From Elusimicrobiota bacterium (GTDB lineage: Bacteria > Elusimicrobiota > Elusimicrobia > FEN-1173), in the NCBI GenBank assembly GCA_052388135.1, contig JBQTIM010000069.1, forward strand, positions 4,290-68,289: a stretch of DNA of 64,000 nt, read 5' to 3'. The translations under genes were made by a program, and so were the position numbers. The stretch's first letter is position 1. Each line of letters starts with the position of its first letter. Shown here piece by piece: positions 25,784 through 34,714 of the stretch. The notes beneath the pieces were generated by a model. The model had not been told where the DNA came from. It did not search any database and saw only the letters and a list, made by a program, of their open reading frames with translations.

Positions 25784-27376
25784 TCATTTGTCGGCCGCCG
25801 GCAGCGTGAAATAAATCATCGTGCCGCGGCCGGGGACGGAATCCACGCCCACTTCGCCGCCGTGGGCTTCCACGATGCGCTTGACGAGGGCCAGGCCCAG
25901 GCCCGCGCCCTCGACCTGCCCCGTGAAGGACTCCTCGATCTGGTAGAACTTCTGGAAAATTTTGTCGTGCTCCTCCGAAGGGATGCCCGGCCCGTCGTCC
26001 TCGACGGAAAGGCGCAGGCGACCGTTGATCAGGGCGCCGGAGACCCGCACGGATTTTTCCGTTTTGTCGTTGAACTTCACGGCGTTCTCCAGGAGGTTCT
26101 TGAAGACCTCGCGCAGGCGGTCCAGGTCGGCGCGGGCGCGCGGCAGGGAATCCAGGGACGCGTCCAGGTCCGCGCGGGCGCCGATGGAGTCCAAATAGGA
26201 CCTGAGCTGGGACGCGGCCTCTTGGACCGCCTGCTTGGCGTCCACGGGCCCCAACTGCAGGTTGAGCGTGTCCGACTCCACCATGCTGAAGGTGAGCAGC
26301 TTGTCCACCAGGCTGTTGAGCTGGAGCCCCTGGTTCATGATGGCGGTGAGGGCCTTCTTCTGGAAATCGTTGAGCTGCCCGCTGGCCAGCAGCATGGGCG
26401 CGTAGCCGGAAATGGTGACCAAGGGGGTCTTGAGCTTGTGGGACATGAGGGAAAGGAAGTTCCGCTTGAGCATTTCCTCTTTCCGCGCTTCGGTCACGTC
26501 GCGCAGGAGGATGAGGTGGCCCAGCAGCCGGCCCGAGCCGTCGGTGAGCCGGTTGACGGCGCCGGAGAGGACGAAACTTTTGCCTTCGCGGCGCACGAGC
26601 TCCAGCTCGGCGCTTTTCTCGCGCTCCTCCAGGGCCATCTCCAGGGGCGGGATCACGGCGAATCCCCGCATGAGGTCCTTAACCGACAGGCAATCGACGG
26701 CGTCCGCCGGCGATACGCCGAAGAGCCGCCCCGCCGCCGCGTTCATGAGGCGGATGGTCCCGGCCTCGTCCACCGCCAGCGCGCCGTCGGACATCTCGCG
26801 GAACACCATGGCCAGCTTCTCCTTCTCGGCTTTCACCTCGGAGAAGAGGCCGGCGTTCTCCAGGGCCACGGCGGCCTGGGAGGCGAAGGCTTCCAGCAAG
26901 CCCTGGTCTTGCACGGTGAAGGGGCGGCCGTCGCGGTGGTTGATGGCCTCCACCACGCCCAGCAGGCGGCCCTTGTTCAGCAGGGGCACGGCCAGGATCT
27001 GGCGCGTCGTGAACTCGCTTTTTTCGTCCACCTTGCCGGTCCAGCGCGGGTCGGAGCGCACGTCGTTGACGATGGCCGGCCGGCGGTTCTCCGCCACCCA
27101 GCCCGCCAGGCCCTCGCCCACTTTCAAGCGGACCTGCTTCAGCTCCCGCTCGGCCGCGCCCAGGGCGACGTTGAAGTAGAGCTCGCCGGCGCGCTCGTCC
27201 AGAAGAAGGATGGAGGCGGCCTCGGCCTTCACCACCCGGGCGGCCAGTTTCATGACCGATTCCAGCAAGTCGGCGTCGTCCAATTTGGAGGACAAAATCC
27301 GCGTGGCCTGCAGGAGCAGTTCGAAGTCCTGGGCCGAGAGGGCGGAAAGGGGAGGCGGCGCGTCGGGCATGGTCAA
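25784..27376 (-). CDS. cytoplasmic sensor histidine kinase (GAF–PAS–HisKA–HATPase_c)
   Basis: H-box 'LMSHKLKTPL', N/G boxes ('NLLENAVKF…DDGPGIP…GAGLGLALVKRIV') and an N-terminal GAF-like region. No TM segments. Confidence 0.75.
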   Translation of the reverse strand: MTMPDAPPPLSALSAQDFELLLQATRILSSKLDDADLLESVMKLAARVVKAEAASILLLDERAGELYFNVALGAAERELKQVRLKVGEGLAGWVAENRRPAIVNDVRSDPRWTGKVDEKSEFTTRQILAVPLLNKGRLLGVVEAINHRDGRPFTVQDQGLLEAFASQAAVALENAGLFSEVKAEKEKLAMVFREMSDGALAVDEAGTIRLMNAAAGRLFGVSPADAVDCLSVKDLMRGFAVIPPLEMALEEREKSAELELVRREGKSFVLSGAVNRLTDGSGRLLGHLILLRDVTEARKEEMLKRNFLSLMSHKLKTPLVTISGYAPMLLASGQLNDFQKKALTAIMNQGLQLNSLVDKLLTFSMVESDTLNLQLGPVDAKQAVQEAASQLRSYLDSIGARADLDASLDSLPRARADLDRLREVFKNLLENAVKFNDKTEKSVRVSGALINGRLRLSVEDDGPGIPSEEHDKIFQKFYQIEESFTGQVEGAGLGLALVKRIVEAHGGEVGVDSVPGRGTMIYFTLPAADK

Positions 27377-27546
27377 GTCCCGGCAACAACGCCGGGGCGG
27401 ATGCGGGGGATGTCGCGGAGGCGGAAGCCGTTCGGCCGTTGCCGATGGAATGGATTCGGCATGGGACGAAGTATATCAAATCATGAGCGCGCGGCAACGC
27501 GCGGGCCCATTTTCAACGAGGCGTTCGAACGGGGTTTCGCCGCCCG

Positions 27547-27771
27547 CTACCACAGGCAGGTCTGGACTTTCCGCGCCAGCAGGCGGGCGGCGTCGGCCAG
27601 GCGCGGGTGGGCCTCGGGGGTCTCGCGGCGGCGGGCTGGCGGCCTGGGTGTCGTAGCCCGGCCGCAGGGGCAGGCATCGGGCCCCGGCCGGGCCCGGTTG
27701 CAAAAGCGGCAGCGGCTCAGGCCGCGGACCACCAGCCAAAAGCAAAGCGCGTCGAACGGGTTGAAAAACAT
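27547..27771 (-). CDS. small Cys-containing hypothetical protein (74 aa) in the 600-bp divergent intergenic region
   Basis: GC3 is ~88% in this frame and GAGAGG sits 8 nt upstream of the ATG. The composition is odd (R/P-rich, 'CRFC…CPC'). It overlaps other small ORFs. Confidence 0.2.
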   Translation of the reverse strand: MFFNPFDALCFWLVVRGLSRCRFCNRARPGPDACPCGRATTPRPPARRRETPEAHPRLADAARLLARKVQTCLW

Positions 27772-27875
27772 GGGACACCTCTCGATCCTTCATCGGGGCC
27801 GGAACCTGGGCGGCGGAGCGGATTTCGGTGAGGGTGTCAGGATAGCATACAAAAGTATTCTAGTCAAGGGCGGGT

Positions 27876-27904
27876 TTGACAAAGTTTTCCCGCAGAGATA
27901 GAAT
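27876..27904 (+). promoter_or_regulatory. sigma70-type promoter candidate: TTGACA (27876–27881), 17-nt spacer, TAGAAT (27899–27904)
   Basis: Near-consensus hexamers with optimal spacing, ~85 nt upstream of the DUF1805 gene start. Confidence 0.55.
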
Positions 27905-27988
27905 GAGAAATCCTTCCGCCGAGAGCCCTTCCAGCTGTTCGCCTCATCGGTTCTGAGGCTGCCGCCAGAGAAACGAGGTCATGCTGCC

Positions 27989-28276
27989 ATGAGAACACGC
28001 GATATTTCCCTGGGCCCTAAAAAGGCCGTCGGTTTCGAGATCAATCTGCCGGGCGCTCCCCTGCTTTTGGCGCGGGGAGAGAAGGGCTACGTCATGTGCG
28101 GGTATTTGGACATGGCCGTGGCCGATAAATTCGGCCAAGCCGCCGCCGTGGTGCGCGGAATCAAAACTTTGGATGAATTGTTGGAGAGCCCCGTGGCCGA
28201 CGTGTCCGTTCAGGCCAAGCGCCGCGGCGTCAAGCCCGGCATGACGGGGCGCCAAGCGCTCCAAAAGCTCGCCTGA
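27989..28276 (+). CDS. DUF1805-family small protein (YunC-like)
   Basis: 95 aa. 'GYVMCGYLDMAVADKFGQAAAVVRGIKTLDELL' matches my recollection of the DUF1805 core. Confidence 0.5.
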   Translation: MRTRDISLGPKKAVGFEINLPGAPLLLARGEKGYVMCGYLDMAVADKFGQAAAVVRGIKTLDELLESPVADVSVQAKRRGVKPGMTGRQALQKLA

Positions 28277-28316
28277 TCGCCGGTCCTGGGCCGCGCGCCG
28301 GCCTCCCCCCGACTTT

Positions 28317-29822
28317 ATGACCGATCCCGCGGAACCCGAACTTTCTCTGCACGGCCTCGCCCTGGGCGGCGACGCCGTGGCCCGGCAAGAGGGGCGCGTG
28401 GTCTTCGTCCCTTACGGCGCGCCCGGCGACCGCGTGCGGACCGCCCGCTGGGAAGCCCGCAAGAATTTCGCCAAGGCTTGGATCTCGTCCATCGTCGAAC
28501 CCGCGCCCGAGCGCGTAGCCGCCCCCTGCCCCTATTTCTTCAAGCCCGGCGCCGCGCCGGAGACCGTCTGCGGCGGCTGCGACTGGCAGCAGTTGGACTA
28601 CGCCGCCCAAGCCCGGGCGAAGCGGCAACTTCTCATCGAGGCTTTCCAGCGCGTGGGCCGCATCGCCAAGCCGCCCGTGGAGGAAACCCTGGCCGCGGAG
28701 TCGCCTTGGCGCTACCGCAACAAGGCCCAAATTCCCTTTGCGCCCGCGGGCGGGCCGGACAACCCGGCCGGCGGCCTGAAAGCCGGTTTCTACGCGCCCG
28801 CCAGCCACAACATCGTCCCCTTCGACGATTGCCTGGTCCAGCCCGAGCCCGCCGTGGCCCTCTTCCGTTCCGTCAAAGAATGGTTCGCCCGCCACCCGGC
28901 GGCCGCCTACGATCAATCCACGGAACAAGGCTGGCTCCGCCACCTGCTGATCCGCGTCGGCGCCGGCGGAAACCTGCTCGCCGCCCTGGTGACCAAGGAC
29001 GAGGGCTTCCCCAACGCCGTGGCCTTCGCCGAATATTTGTCCGCCGCCAACCCGGGCCTGCGCAGTTTGTTTCAAAACGTGAACCCCAAGCCGGGCAGCG
29101 TGGTGCTGGGACCCCAGTGGCGGCACCTGTGGGGGAAACGGTATTTGGAGGAAACTCTCCTGGGCCTGCGCTTCCGGCTGTCCCCCGGAACTTTTTTCCA
29201 GGTGAACCGCGAGATGGCGGAGAAGCTTTATCAAAAAGTCGCGGAGTTCGCCGACCTGAAGCTCGAGGACCACGCCCTGGAGCTTTACGCGGGCGTGGGC
29301 GCCATCGCCCAACTCCTGGCGCGCAAGGCCAAATACGTTTGGGCCGTGGAAGACAACGCCCAGGCCGTGGAGGACGCCATCGAAAGCGCCAAGGAGAACG
29401 GCGTTTCCAACGTGCGCTTCTACCAGGGCCGCTGCGAGGACGTGCTGACCCGCGGCCGCTTCAGCCGGGGCGTGGACGACGTGCTGGGCGCCGTGGTGCT
29501 GGATCCGCCCCGCGCCGGCTGCGAACAATCGGTTCTGAAGGCCGTCATGCGCCTGGCCCCGGCGAAAATCGTTTACGTGTCCTGCGATCCCGCCACCCTG
29601 GCCCGCGACGCGCGCTACCTGTCCACCGGCGGCTACCTCCTGCGCCGCAGCGTTCCCGTGGACCTGTTTCCCCAGACCGCCCACGTGGAAAGCGTTTCCC
29701 TGTTCATGCCTTCCGGCGCGCCGCTCTCCGTTCCGCCCCCAGCGCCGCGCCCCCCGCAAAAAAATTTCCGCCCCGGCGCCCGGGATAAAAACCGCCCCTG
29801 GCGAGCCCTGCGGAAAAAGTAG
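28317..29822 (+). CDS. rlmD: 23S rRNA (uracil-C5)-methyltransferase RlmD/RumA family (TRAM domain, Fe-S Cys cluster, SAM MTase)
   Basis: N-terminal TRAM, 'CPYFFKPGAAPETVCGGCDWQ' Cys cluster, SAM motif 'LELYAGVGAI', 'VLDPPRAG', catalytic 'YVSCDPATLARD'. The ~40-aa basic C-terminal tail is unusual. Confidence 0.8.
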   Translation: MTDPAEPELSLHGLALGGDAVARQEGRVVFVPYGAPGDRVRTARWEARKNFAKAWISSIVEPAPERVAAPCPYFFKPGAAPETVCGGCDWQQLDYAAQARAKRQLLIEAFQRVGRIAKPPVEETLAAESPWRYRNKAQIPFAPAGGPDNPAGGLKAGFYAPASHNIVPFDDCLVQPEPAVALFRSVKEWFARHPAAAYDQSTEQGWLRHLLIRVGAGGNLLAALVTKDEGFPNAVAFAEYLSAANPGLRSLFQNVNPKPGSVVLGPQWRHLWGKRYLEETLLGLRFRLSPGTFFQVNREMAEKLYQKVAEFADLKLEDHALELYAGVGAIAQLLARKAKYVWAVEDNAQAVEDAIESAKENGVSNVRFYQGRCEDVLTRGRFSRGVDDVLGAVVLDPPRAGCEQSVLKAVMRLAPAKIVYVSCDPATLARDARYLSTGGYLLRRSVPVDLFPQTAHVESVSLFMPSGAPLSVPPPAPRPPQKNFRPGARDKNRPWRALRKK

Positions 29823-29923
29823 TTTAATTTAGATGTTGTGGCAGCCCCGCCAGGCCGCCGGGAATCCCCGACGGCCGTTTCGGTGTTTTGTGCGGGTTTA
29901 ATTGAGGGCAACGACCACATCGA

Positions 29924-30130
29924 AGGGGCTCCACCCCTTCACCCGGCCATACTTTCTTTTTGCTTGTCCAAAAAGAAAGTATGGAGAAAGAAAAAGGACA
30001 CCCCGGTGGCCTGCGCGCGCCGTTTTCGCGGCGGCCCGACATTCCGGCCCCTCAACAGCCCATCGGGGCCATCAGGTCGGGCCTCCCGCTTCCGCGAAAA
30101 CGGCGTGCTCGAACCGCCACAGGGGCCCGA
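29924..30130. repeat. structured ~207-nt repeat element, copy 2, intergenic between rlmD and an AT-rich islet
   Basis: See copy 1. The P1 stem reads auacuuucuuuuu/aaaaagaaaguau here versus ugacuuuuccuuug/caaaggaaaaguca in copy 1. P2 reads cgccguuuucgcgg/ccgcgaaaacggcg versus ggcuguuuuggcgg/ccgccaaaacagcc. P3 reads ggcccgac/gucgggcc versus gguccgac/gucggacc. Confidence 0.6.
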
Positions 30131-30169
30131 AAGGCTTAGATTTGGACAATACAGCCGAATAATTCAAAA

Positions 30170-30553
30170 ATGAAAACTTTAAAAATAATCCTATTCCTTT
30201 TCATTCTCTTCGCAAGCGCATTCCTTGTTTTAGGATATGCCCTTACCCATGTGTTCATTGAAAAATATCCTTTATACATTTTTAGTGCTGTAGGCGCCTT
30301 TATGTCTGCTTTGGCTACTTCTTGTTTGGCTGTAATCGGATGGTTTGTAAGCAAAATTATAGGACGCTTTAATCGAGGATATGATGCTTTAGTTAAAAGC
30401 CAACCATTACAAAACGAATATCAATTAATGATTTCTGATAACGCGGCACTATTGGGAAAGTATGGCTGGGTCCAGGGGTGGAGCCCCTGGAAAACAAAAC
30501 TGAATTCTAAAACTTACTCCACCAGCTCTGGATACCGGCTTTCGCCGGTATGA
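30170..30553 (+). CDS. small hypothetical membrane protein (two TM helices) in an AT-rich (~38% GC) islet
   Basis: 127-aa ORF. Low-GC codon usage unlike the rest of the window. Its 3' end overlaps one arm of the dispersed hairpin element. Confidence 0.4.
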   Translation: MKTLKIILFLFILFASAFLVLGYALTHVFIEKYPLYIFSAVGAFMSALATSCLAVIGWFVSKIIGRFNRGYDALVKSQPLQNEYQLMISDNAALLGKYGWVQGWSPWKTKLNSKTYSTSSGYRLSPV

Positions 30554-30620
30554 CGGTCTATCGACCCGACAAAAAAGCGGTGAGATCCTTCGCGTTGCTC
30601 AGGATGACACGCAAATTTAA

Positions 30621-33600
30621 ATGAACCAACTTCAAACACAAACATCCAACGTCCTCCGCGTGAGCGGCCTCCCCGGCGGCGCCGAAGCCTGGTGGCTCTG
30701 GCGGGAGCGGGAAAATCTGGGGCGCGTCCTGGCGCTGACGCGGTCCGACGAGCGGGCCCAGGAGCTGGCGGAGGATTTCGAGGCGCTGGAGCGCTGGCAA
30801 GACCCGGGTTCGCCCGGCCGCGCGGCCTATTTTCCCGAGGAGGAGCCCGACCAGCAGGTGGCGGCGCTTTCCCGCTGGCTGCTGGGCTGGCCGGCGGGAG
30901 AGCTCACGTCGGCGCAGGCCGGCCGCCGGGAAACGGACGTCCCCTTGTTGGCGGCCGCCTGGCCCCTGGCCAAAGAGAGCCTGCCCGCGCCGGAGGAGTT
31001 CCGCCGGGCGCACCGCGACCTGCGCGTGGGGGAGCGTCTGGACCGCGGAGAATTGATCGCCCATCTGGCGCGCGCGGGCTACAGCCGCGTGGACGCCGTG
31101 GAGCAAAGCGGGGAGATGGCCGTGCGCGGCGAGGTCCTGGACCTGTGGTCGCCGGGCTGGGAGGTGCCCCTGCGCGCCCTTTGGCCCTTCGACCGCATCG
31201 AGTCCCTGCGCAAAATAGATTTGTCCACCCAGCGCTCGACGGACGCGGTGGACGCGGCCACGGTCCGCCCCGCGTCCCTGTCGGGTCCGTGGGCGGCGGG
31301 ACGCGCGACGCTCATGGATTATTTGGGCGGCGGCACGCTCTTCGCCTCCAACCTGCCCGAGGAGGGGCGTCCGGCGCGGGAGGGGAAAACCGTTTTGCGC
31401 GTGGAGCTGGGCGCCGCCGACCGGGAGGAGAAATTTTTGCCGCCGCCGGCCGCGCCGGGCCCGGCGGCCGCCGCGTTCTTCGCCGCCGAAATCAAGAAAT
31501 GGATGGAAGCCGGCTGGACGGCCGCGATCTTCTGCCACAACCCCGGCGAGCAGGAGCGCCTGGAGGAAATCCTCCTGGAGCAGGACCGGTCCCTGTCCGC
31601 CTTTTTCGAGGCCCGCCCGTCCGCCGGCCCCGACGGACGGGAGGCGCCCGCCCGCCGGCTGGACTTCCCCATCGGCAACCTCAACCGCGGATTTTTGGAT
31701 CCGGAAAACAAGCGGGCCGTGCTCTGCAACGCCCAGATTTTCGGCCGCGCGCGGCGGCGCCTCCGCCTGCCCAAGTTCATCGGCGGCAAGTCCCTGGCCG
31801 GCGTCTCGGACCTGGCCAAGGGCGATTACGTGGTGCACGAGCAGTTCGGCGTGGGCCGCTACACCGGCCTGCGCCGCGTGAAAGCCGCCGGTGTGGAGGC
31901 GGATTACCTCACGCTGGAATACAAGGGCGGCGACCGCGTGCGGGTGCCTCTCTTCGAGTTCAAGCAGGTGCAGAAGTTCGTGGGCGCCGAAGGGAAAAAG
32001 CCCAAGCTGTCCTCCCTGGACACGGCGGCGTGGGAGCGCGCCAAGGAGAAAGTGAAGGAGGAGGTGGCCGCCCTGGCGCGGGACCTGCTGGCGCGGGCCG
32101 CCAAGCGCGCCGCCTTGGCGGGCACGGCTTTCCCGCCGGATTCCCACATGGAAAAAGAGTTCGGCGATTCCTTCCTCTATGAGCTGACGCCGGACCAGGC
32201 CCGGGCCATCCGCGAGGTGAAGGCCGACATGGTGTCGCCCCGTCCCATGGACCGGCTGGTCTGCGGCGACGTGGGCTACGGCAAGACCGAGGTGGCCATG
32301 CGGGCGGCGTTCAAGGCCGCGTCGGCGGGCCGCCAGGTGGCGGTGCTGGTGCCCACCACCATTCTGGCGGAGCAGCACGGCCGCAACTTCCGCGAGCGGT
32401 TCGCCGACTACCCCATTTCCGTGGCGGTGCTGTCGCGCTTTTCCGCGCCGGCGGAGCAAAAGCGCATCGTGGCGGACCTGCGCCGCGGCGTGCTGGACAT
32501 CGTGGTGGGGACGCACCGCCTGCTCTCGCCCGACGTGGCGTTCAAGAACCTGGGCCTCATCATCGTGGACGAGGAGCACCGCTTCGGCGTGAAGCAGAAG
32601 GAGCGCCTGGCCGCCTTCCGCGACGTGGTGGACGTTCTGGCCCTGTCGGCCACGCCCATCCCGCGCACGCTGGGGTCCGCTCTCGGCGGCCTGAAGGCCA
32701 TGTCCCTCATCGAAAGCCCGCCCGAGGGCCGCCTGCCCATCGCCACCCACGTGGGCCCCTTCGACGAAGGCGTCGTGGCCGCGGCGCTGGAGCACGAGCT
32801 TCAGCGGGGCGGCCAGGTGTTTTACGTGCACAACCGGGTGGGCTCCCTGGACTCCCGCCGCCAGTGGCTGGAAGGCCTGCTGAAGGCGCGGGGCCTCCAG
32901 GCCAAGATCGGCGCCGCCCACGGACAGATGACCGGCGCCCAGCTGGAAAAAATCATGTGGGACTTTCTGCACAAGAAGCACGACATCCTGCTTTCCACCA
33001 GCATCATCGAGTCCGGCCTGGACATCCCGTCGGTGAACACGCTGGTGGTGGAGGAAGCGGAGGACTTCGGCCTCTCCCAGCTTTATCAACTGAGGGGCCG
33101 CGTGGGCCGCGAGCGGCAGAAGGCCTATTGCTATCTTTTCCACTCGGCCCGCACGCTGAGCGAAGACGCGGAAAAACGCCTGGGAGCCCTGCGCGAGTTC
33201 GCTTCCCTCGGCGCGGGGTTCAACTTGGCCCTGCGGGACTTGGAGATCCGCGGCGCCGGCAACCTTTTGGGCCCCCAACAGCACGGGTTCGTCAACGCGG
33301 TGGGCATCGCCCTCTACGGCCGGCTGCTTTCCGACGAGATCCGCCGCCAGAGGGACGGCGCCCCGGCCGACGACGCCGGCGCCGAGCCCGCCCTGGAGCT
33401 GCCCGTTTCCGCCTACCTGCCGGAAGATTACATGCCGTCGGAGGGGGACCGGGTGGCGTTTTACAAGCGGCTGTTGGACGCGCCGGCCTCCGGGCTCGAC
33501 GCCCTCCGCGCCGAATTGGAGGACCGCTGCGGACGCCTGCCCGCCCCCGCCGCCGCCCTTTTCGAGGTGGCCGAACTGCGCCACGCGGCGAAAAAGAAAA

Positions 33601-33812
33601 AAGCCGCGCGGGTGTCGCTCGTCCGCGACGGCCTGGAGGTCCATTTCGAGAACAACGTCTCGTTTTCCCCGGCGACGCTGGAAAACCTCGTCAAGACCCA
33701 CGGCCCCGCCTTCTCGTTCCTGCCGGGCCCGCCCTTCGGCATGCGCTGGGAGCCGGCTCCGCCCGAGCCTCTGCTGGCGTGGGTCAAAAATTTCTTGTCA
33801 ACCCTCGATTGA
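30621..33812 (+). CDS. mfd: transcription-repair coupling factor
   Basis: 1063 aa. UvrB-homology N-terminus, DEEH helicase motifs ('IIVDEEHRFGV', Walker A 'GDVGYGKTEVA'), TRG motif region and C-terminal domain. Confidence 0.9.
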   Translation: MNQLQTQTSNVLRVSGLPGGAEAWWLWRERENLGRVLALTRSDERAQELAEDFEALERWQDPGSPGRAAYFPEEEPDQQVAALSRWLLGWPAGELTSAQAGRRETDVPLLAAAWPLAKESLPAPEEFRRAHRDLRVGERLDRGELIAHLARAGYSRVDAVEQSGEMAVRGEVLDLWSPGWEVPLRALWPFDRIESLRKIDLSTQRSTDAVDAATVRPASLSGPWAAGRATLMDYLGGGTLFASNLPEEGRPAREGKTVLRVELGAADREEKFLPPPAAPGPAAAAFFAAEIKKWMEAGWTAAIFCHNPGEQERLEEILLEQDRSLSAFFEARPSAGPDGREAPARRLDFPIGNLNRGFLDPENKRAVLCNAQIFGRARRRLRLPKFIGGKSLAGVSDLAKGDYVVHEQFGVGRYTGLRRVKAAGVEADYLTLEYKGGDRVRVPLFEFKQVQKFVGAEGKKPKLSSLDTAAWERAKEKVKEEVAALARDLLARAAKRAALAGTAFPPDSHMEKEFGDSFLYELTPDQARAIREVKADMVSPRPMDRLVCGDVGYGKTEVAMRAAFKAASAGRQVAVLVPTTILAEQHGRNFRERFADYPISVAVLSRFSAPAEQKRIVADLRRGVLDIVVGTHRLLSPDVAFKNLGLIIVDEEHRFGVKQKERLAAFRDVVDVLALSATPIPRTLGSALGGLKAMSLIESPPEGRLPIATHVGPFDEGVVAAALEHELQRGGQVFYVHNRVGSLDSRRQWLEGLLKARGLQAKIGAAHGQMTGAQLEKIMWDFLHKKHDILLSTSIIESGLDIPSVNTLVVEEAEDFGLSQLYQLRGRVGRERQKAYCYLFHSARTLSEDAEKRLGALREFASLGAGFNLALRDLEIRGAGNLLGPQQHGFVNAVGIALYGRLLSDEIRRQRDGAPADDAGAEPALELPVSAYLPEDYMPSEGDRVAFYKRLLDAPASGLDALRAELEDRCGRLPAPAAALFEVAELRHAAKKKKAARVSLVRDGLEVHFENNVSFSPATLENLVKTHGPAFSFLPGPPFGMRWEPAPPEPLLAWVKNFLSTLD

Positions 33813-33829
33813 TTCTATAGAATCGGAAA

Positions 33830-34702
33830 ATGTACAAGCCCCTTGGGCGCAAGCCGTTTTTACCGATCTTTTTATTGTGTTTCGCCGCGGCCGGCTGCCG
33901 TGAAAAGGAGCCCGTCCTGGCCCGGGTGGGCTCCGAAACCATCACCGAGGCGGAGTTTCGCCGCGAGGCGGCCCGCCAGCCTTTTTCGGGCGAGGATTAT
34001 TTGTCCACCCTCCCCGGACGCAAGGAATTTCTCGAGGTGCTGATCCGGCGCAAGCTCCTCATGGCCGAGGCCCGGCGGGCCCGGTTCGACGAGTCCGAAG
34101 CCGTGCGGCGCCGCCTGCAGGAGCTGGAGGACGATTTCCGCCGTCAGCTGGCCGAGAACCGCGAGCGCGTGGTGATGGGCGAGTTCCTCCGGTCCATCAA
34201 GGACAAGGACCTGGCCGTGACCGAGGAGGAAGTGAAGGATTTCTGGTTCCGGGAATCGGAGATCCGCGCCGGCCATATTTTGTTCAGTTCCAGCGCCGCG
34301 GCCCGGGACGCGTCGGCCCGACTGGCCAAGGGCGAAAAATTTGAAACGCTGGCCCGCCTTTATTCCGAGGACAAGGCCACAGCGGCCCAGGGCGGGGACC
34401 TGGGCTACTTCATGCGCGGCACGCTGGTCCCTGAGTTCGAGGAGGCGGCCTTCGCCTTGAAGACGGGCGAAACCAGCGGCGTCGTTTCCTCGCCTTACGG
34501 CCGCCACATCATCCGCAAGACGGGCGAGCGCCCTTTGTCGGCGCGGCCCTTCGAGCAGGTGCGGGAGCCGGCCCGGGCCGTGCTCGAGAAGCGCAAGTTC
34601 CAAAGCTGGATCGACGAGGCCCGCGGTCGCCATAAAATTTTCACCGACGTGCCGGCGCTGGAGGGTTTGGCCCTCCGCCCGCCGGAAGCGACGCAAAATT
34701 AG
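33830..34702 (+). CDS. periplasmic parvulin-type peptidyl-prolyl isomerase (PpiC/PrsA-like)
   Basis: Signal-peptide/lipobox-like N-terminus. PpiC domain 'AGHILF…GGDLGYFMRGTLVPEFEEAAFALKTGETSGVVSSPYGRHII'. Confidence 0.75.
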   Translation: MYKPLGRKPFLPIFLLCFAAAGCREKEPVLARVGSETITEAEFRREAARQPFSGEDYLSTLPGRKEFLEVLIRRKLLMAEARRARFDESEAVRRRLQELEDDFRRQLAENRERVVMGEFLRSIKDKDLAVTEEEVKDFWFRESEIRAGHILFSSSAAARDASARLAKGEKFETLARLYSEDKATAAQGGDLGYFMRGTLVPEFEEAAFALKTGETSGVVSSPYGRHIIRKTGERPLSARPFEQVREPARAVLEKRKFQSWIDEARGRHKIFTDVPALEGLALRPPEATQN

Positions 34703-34714
34703 GAGGAACACCCT

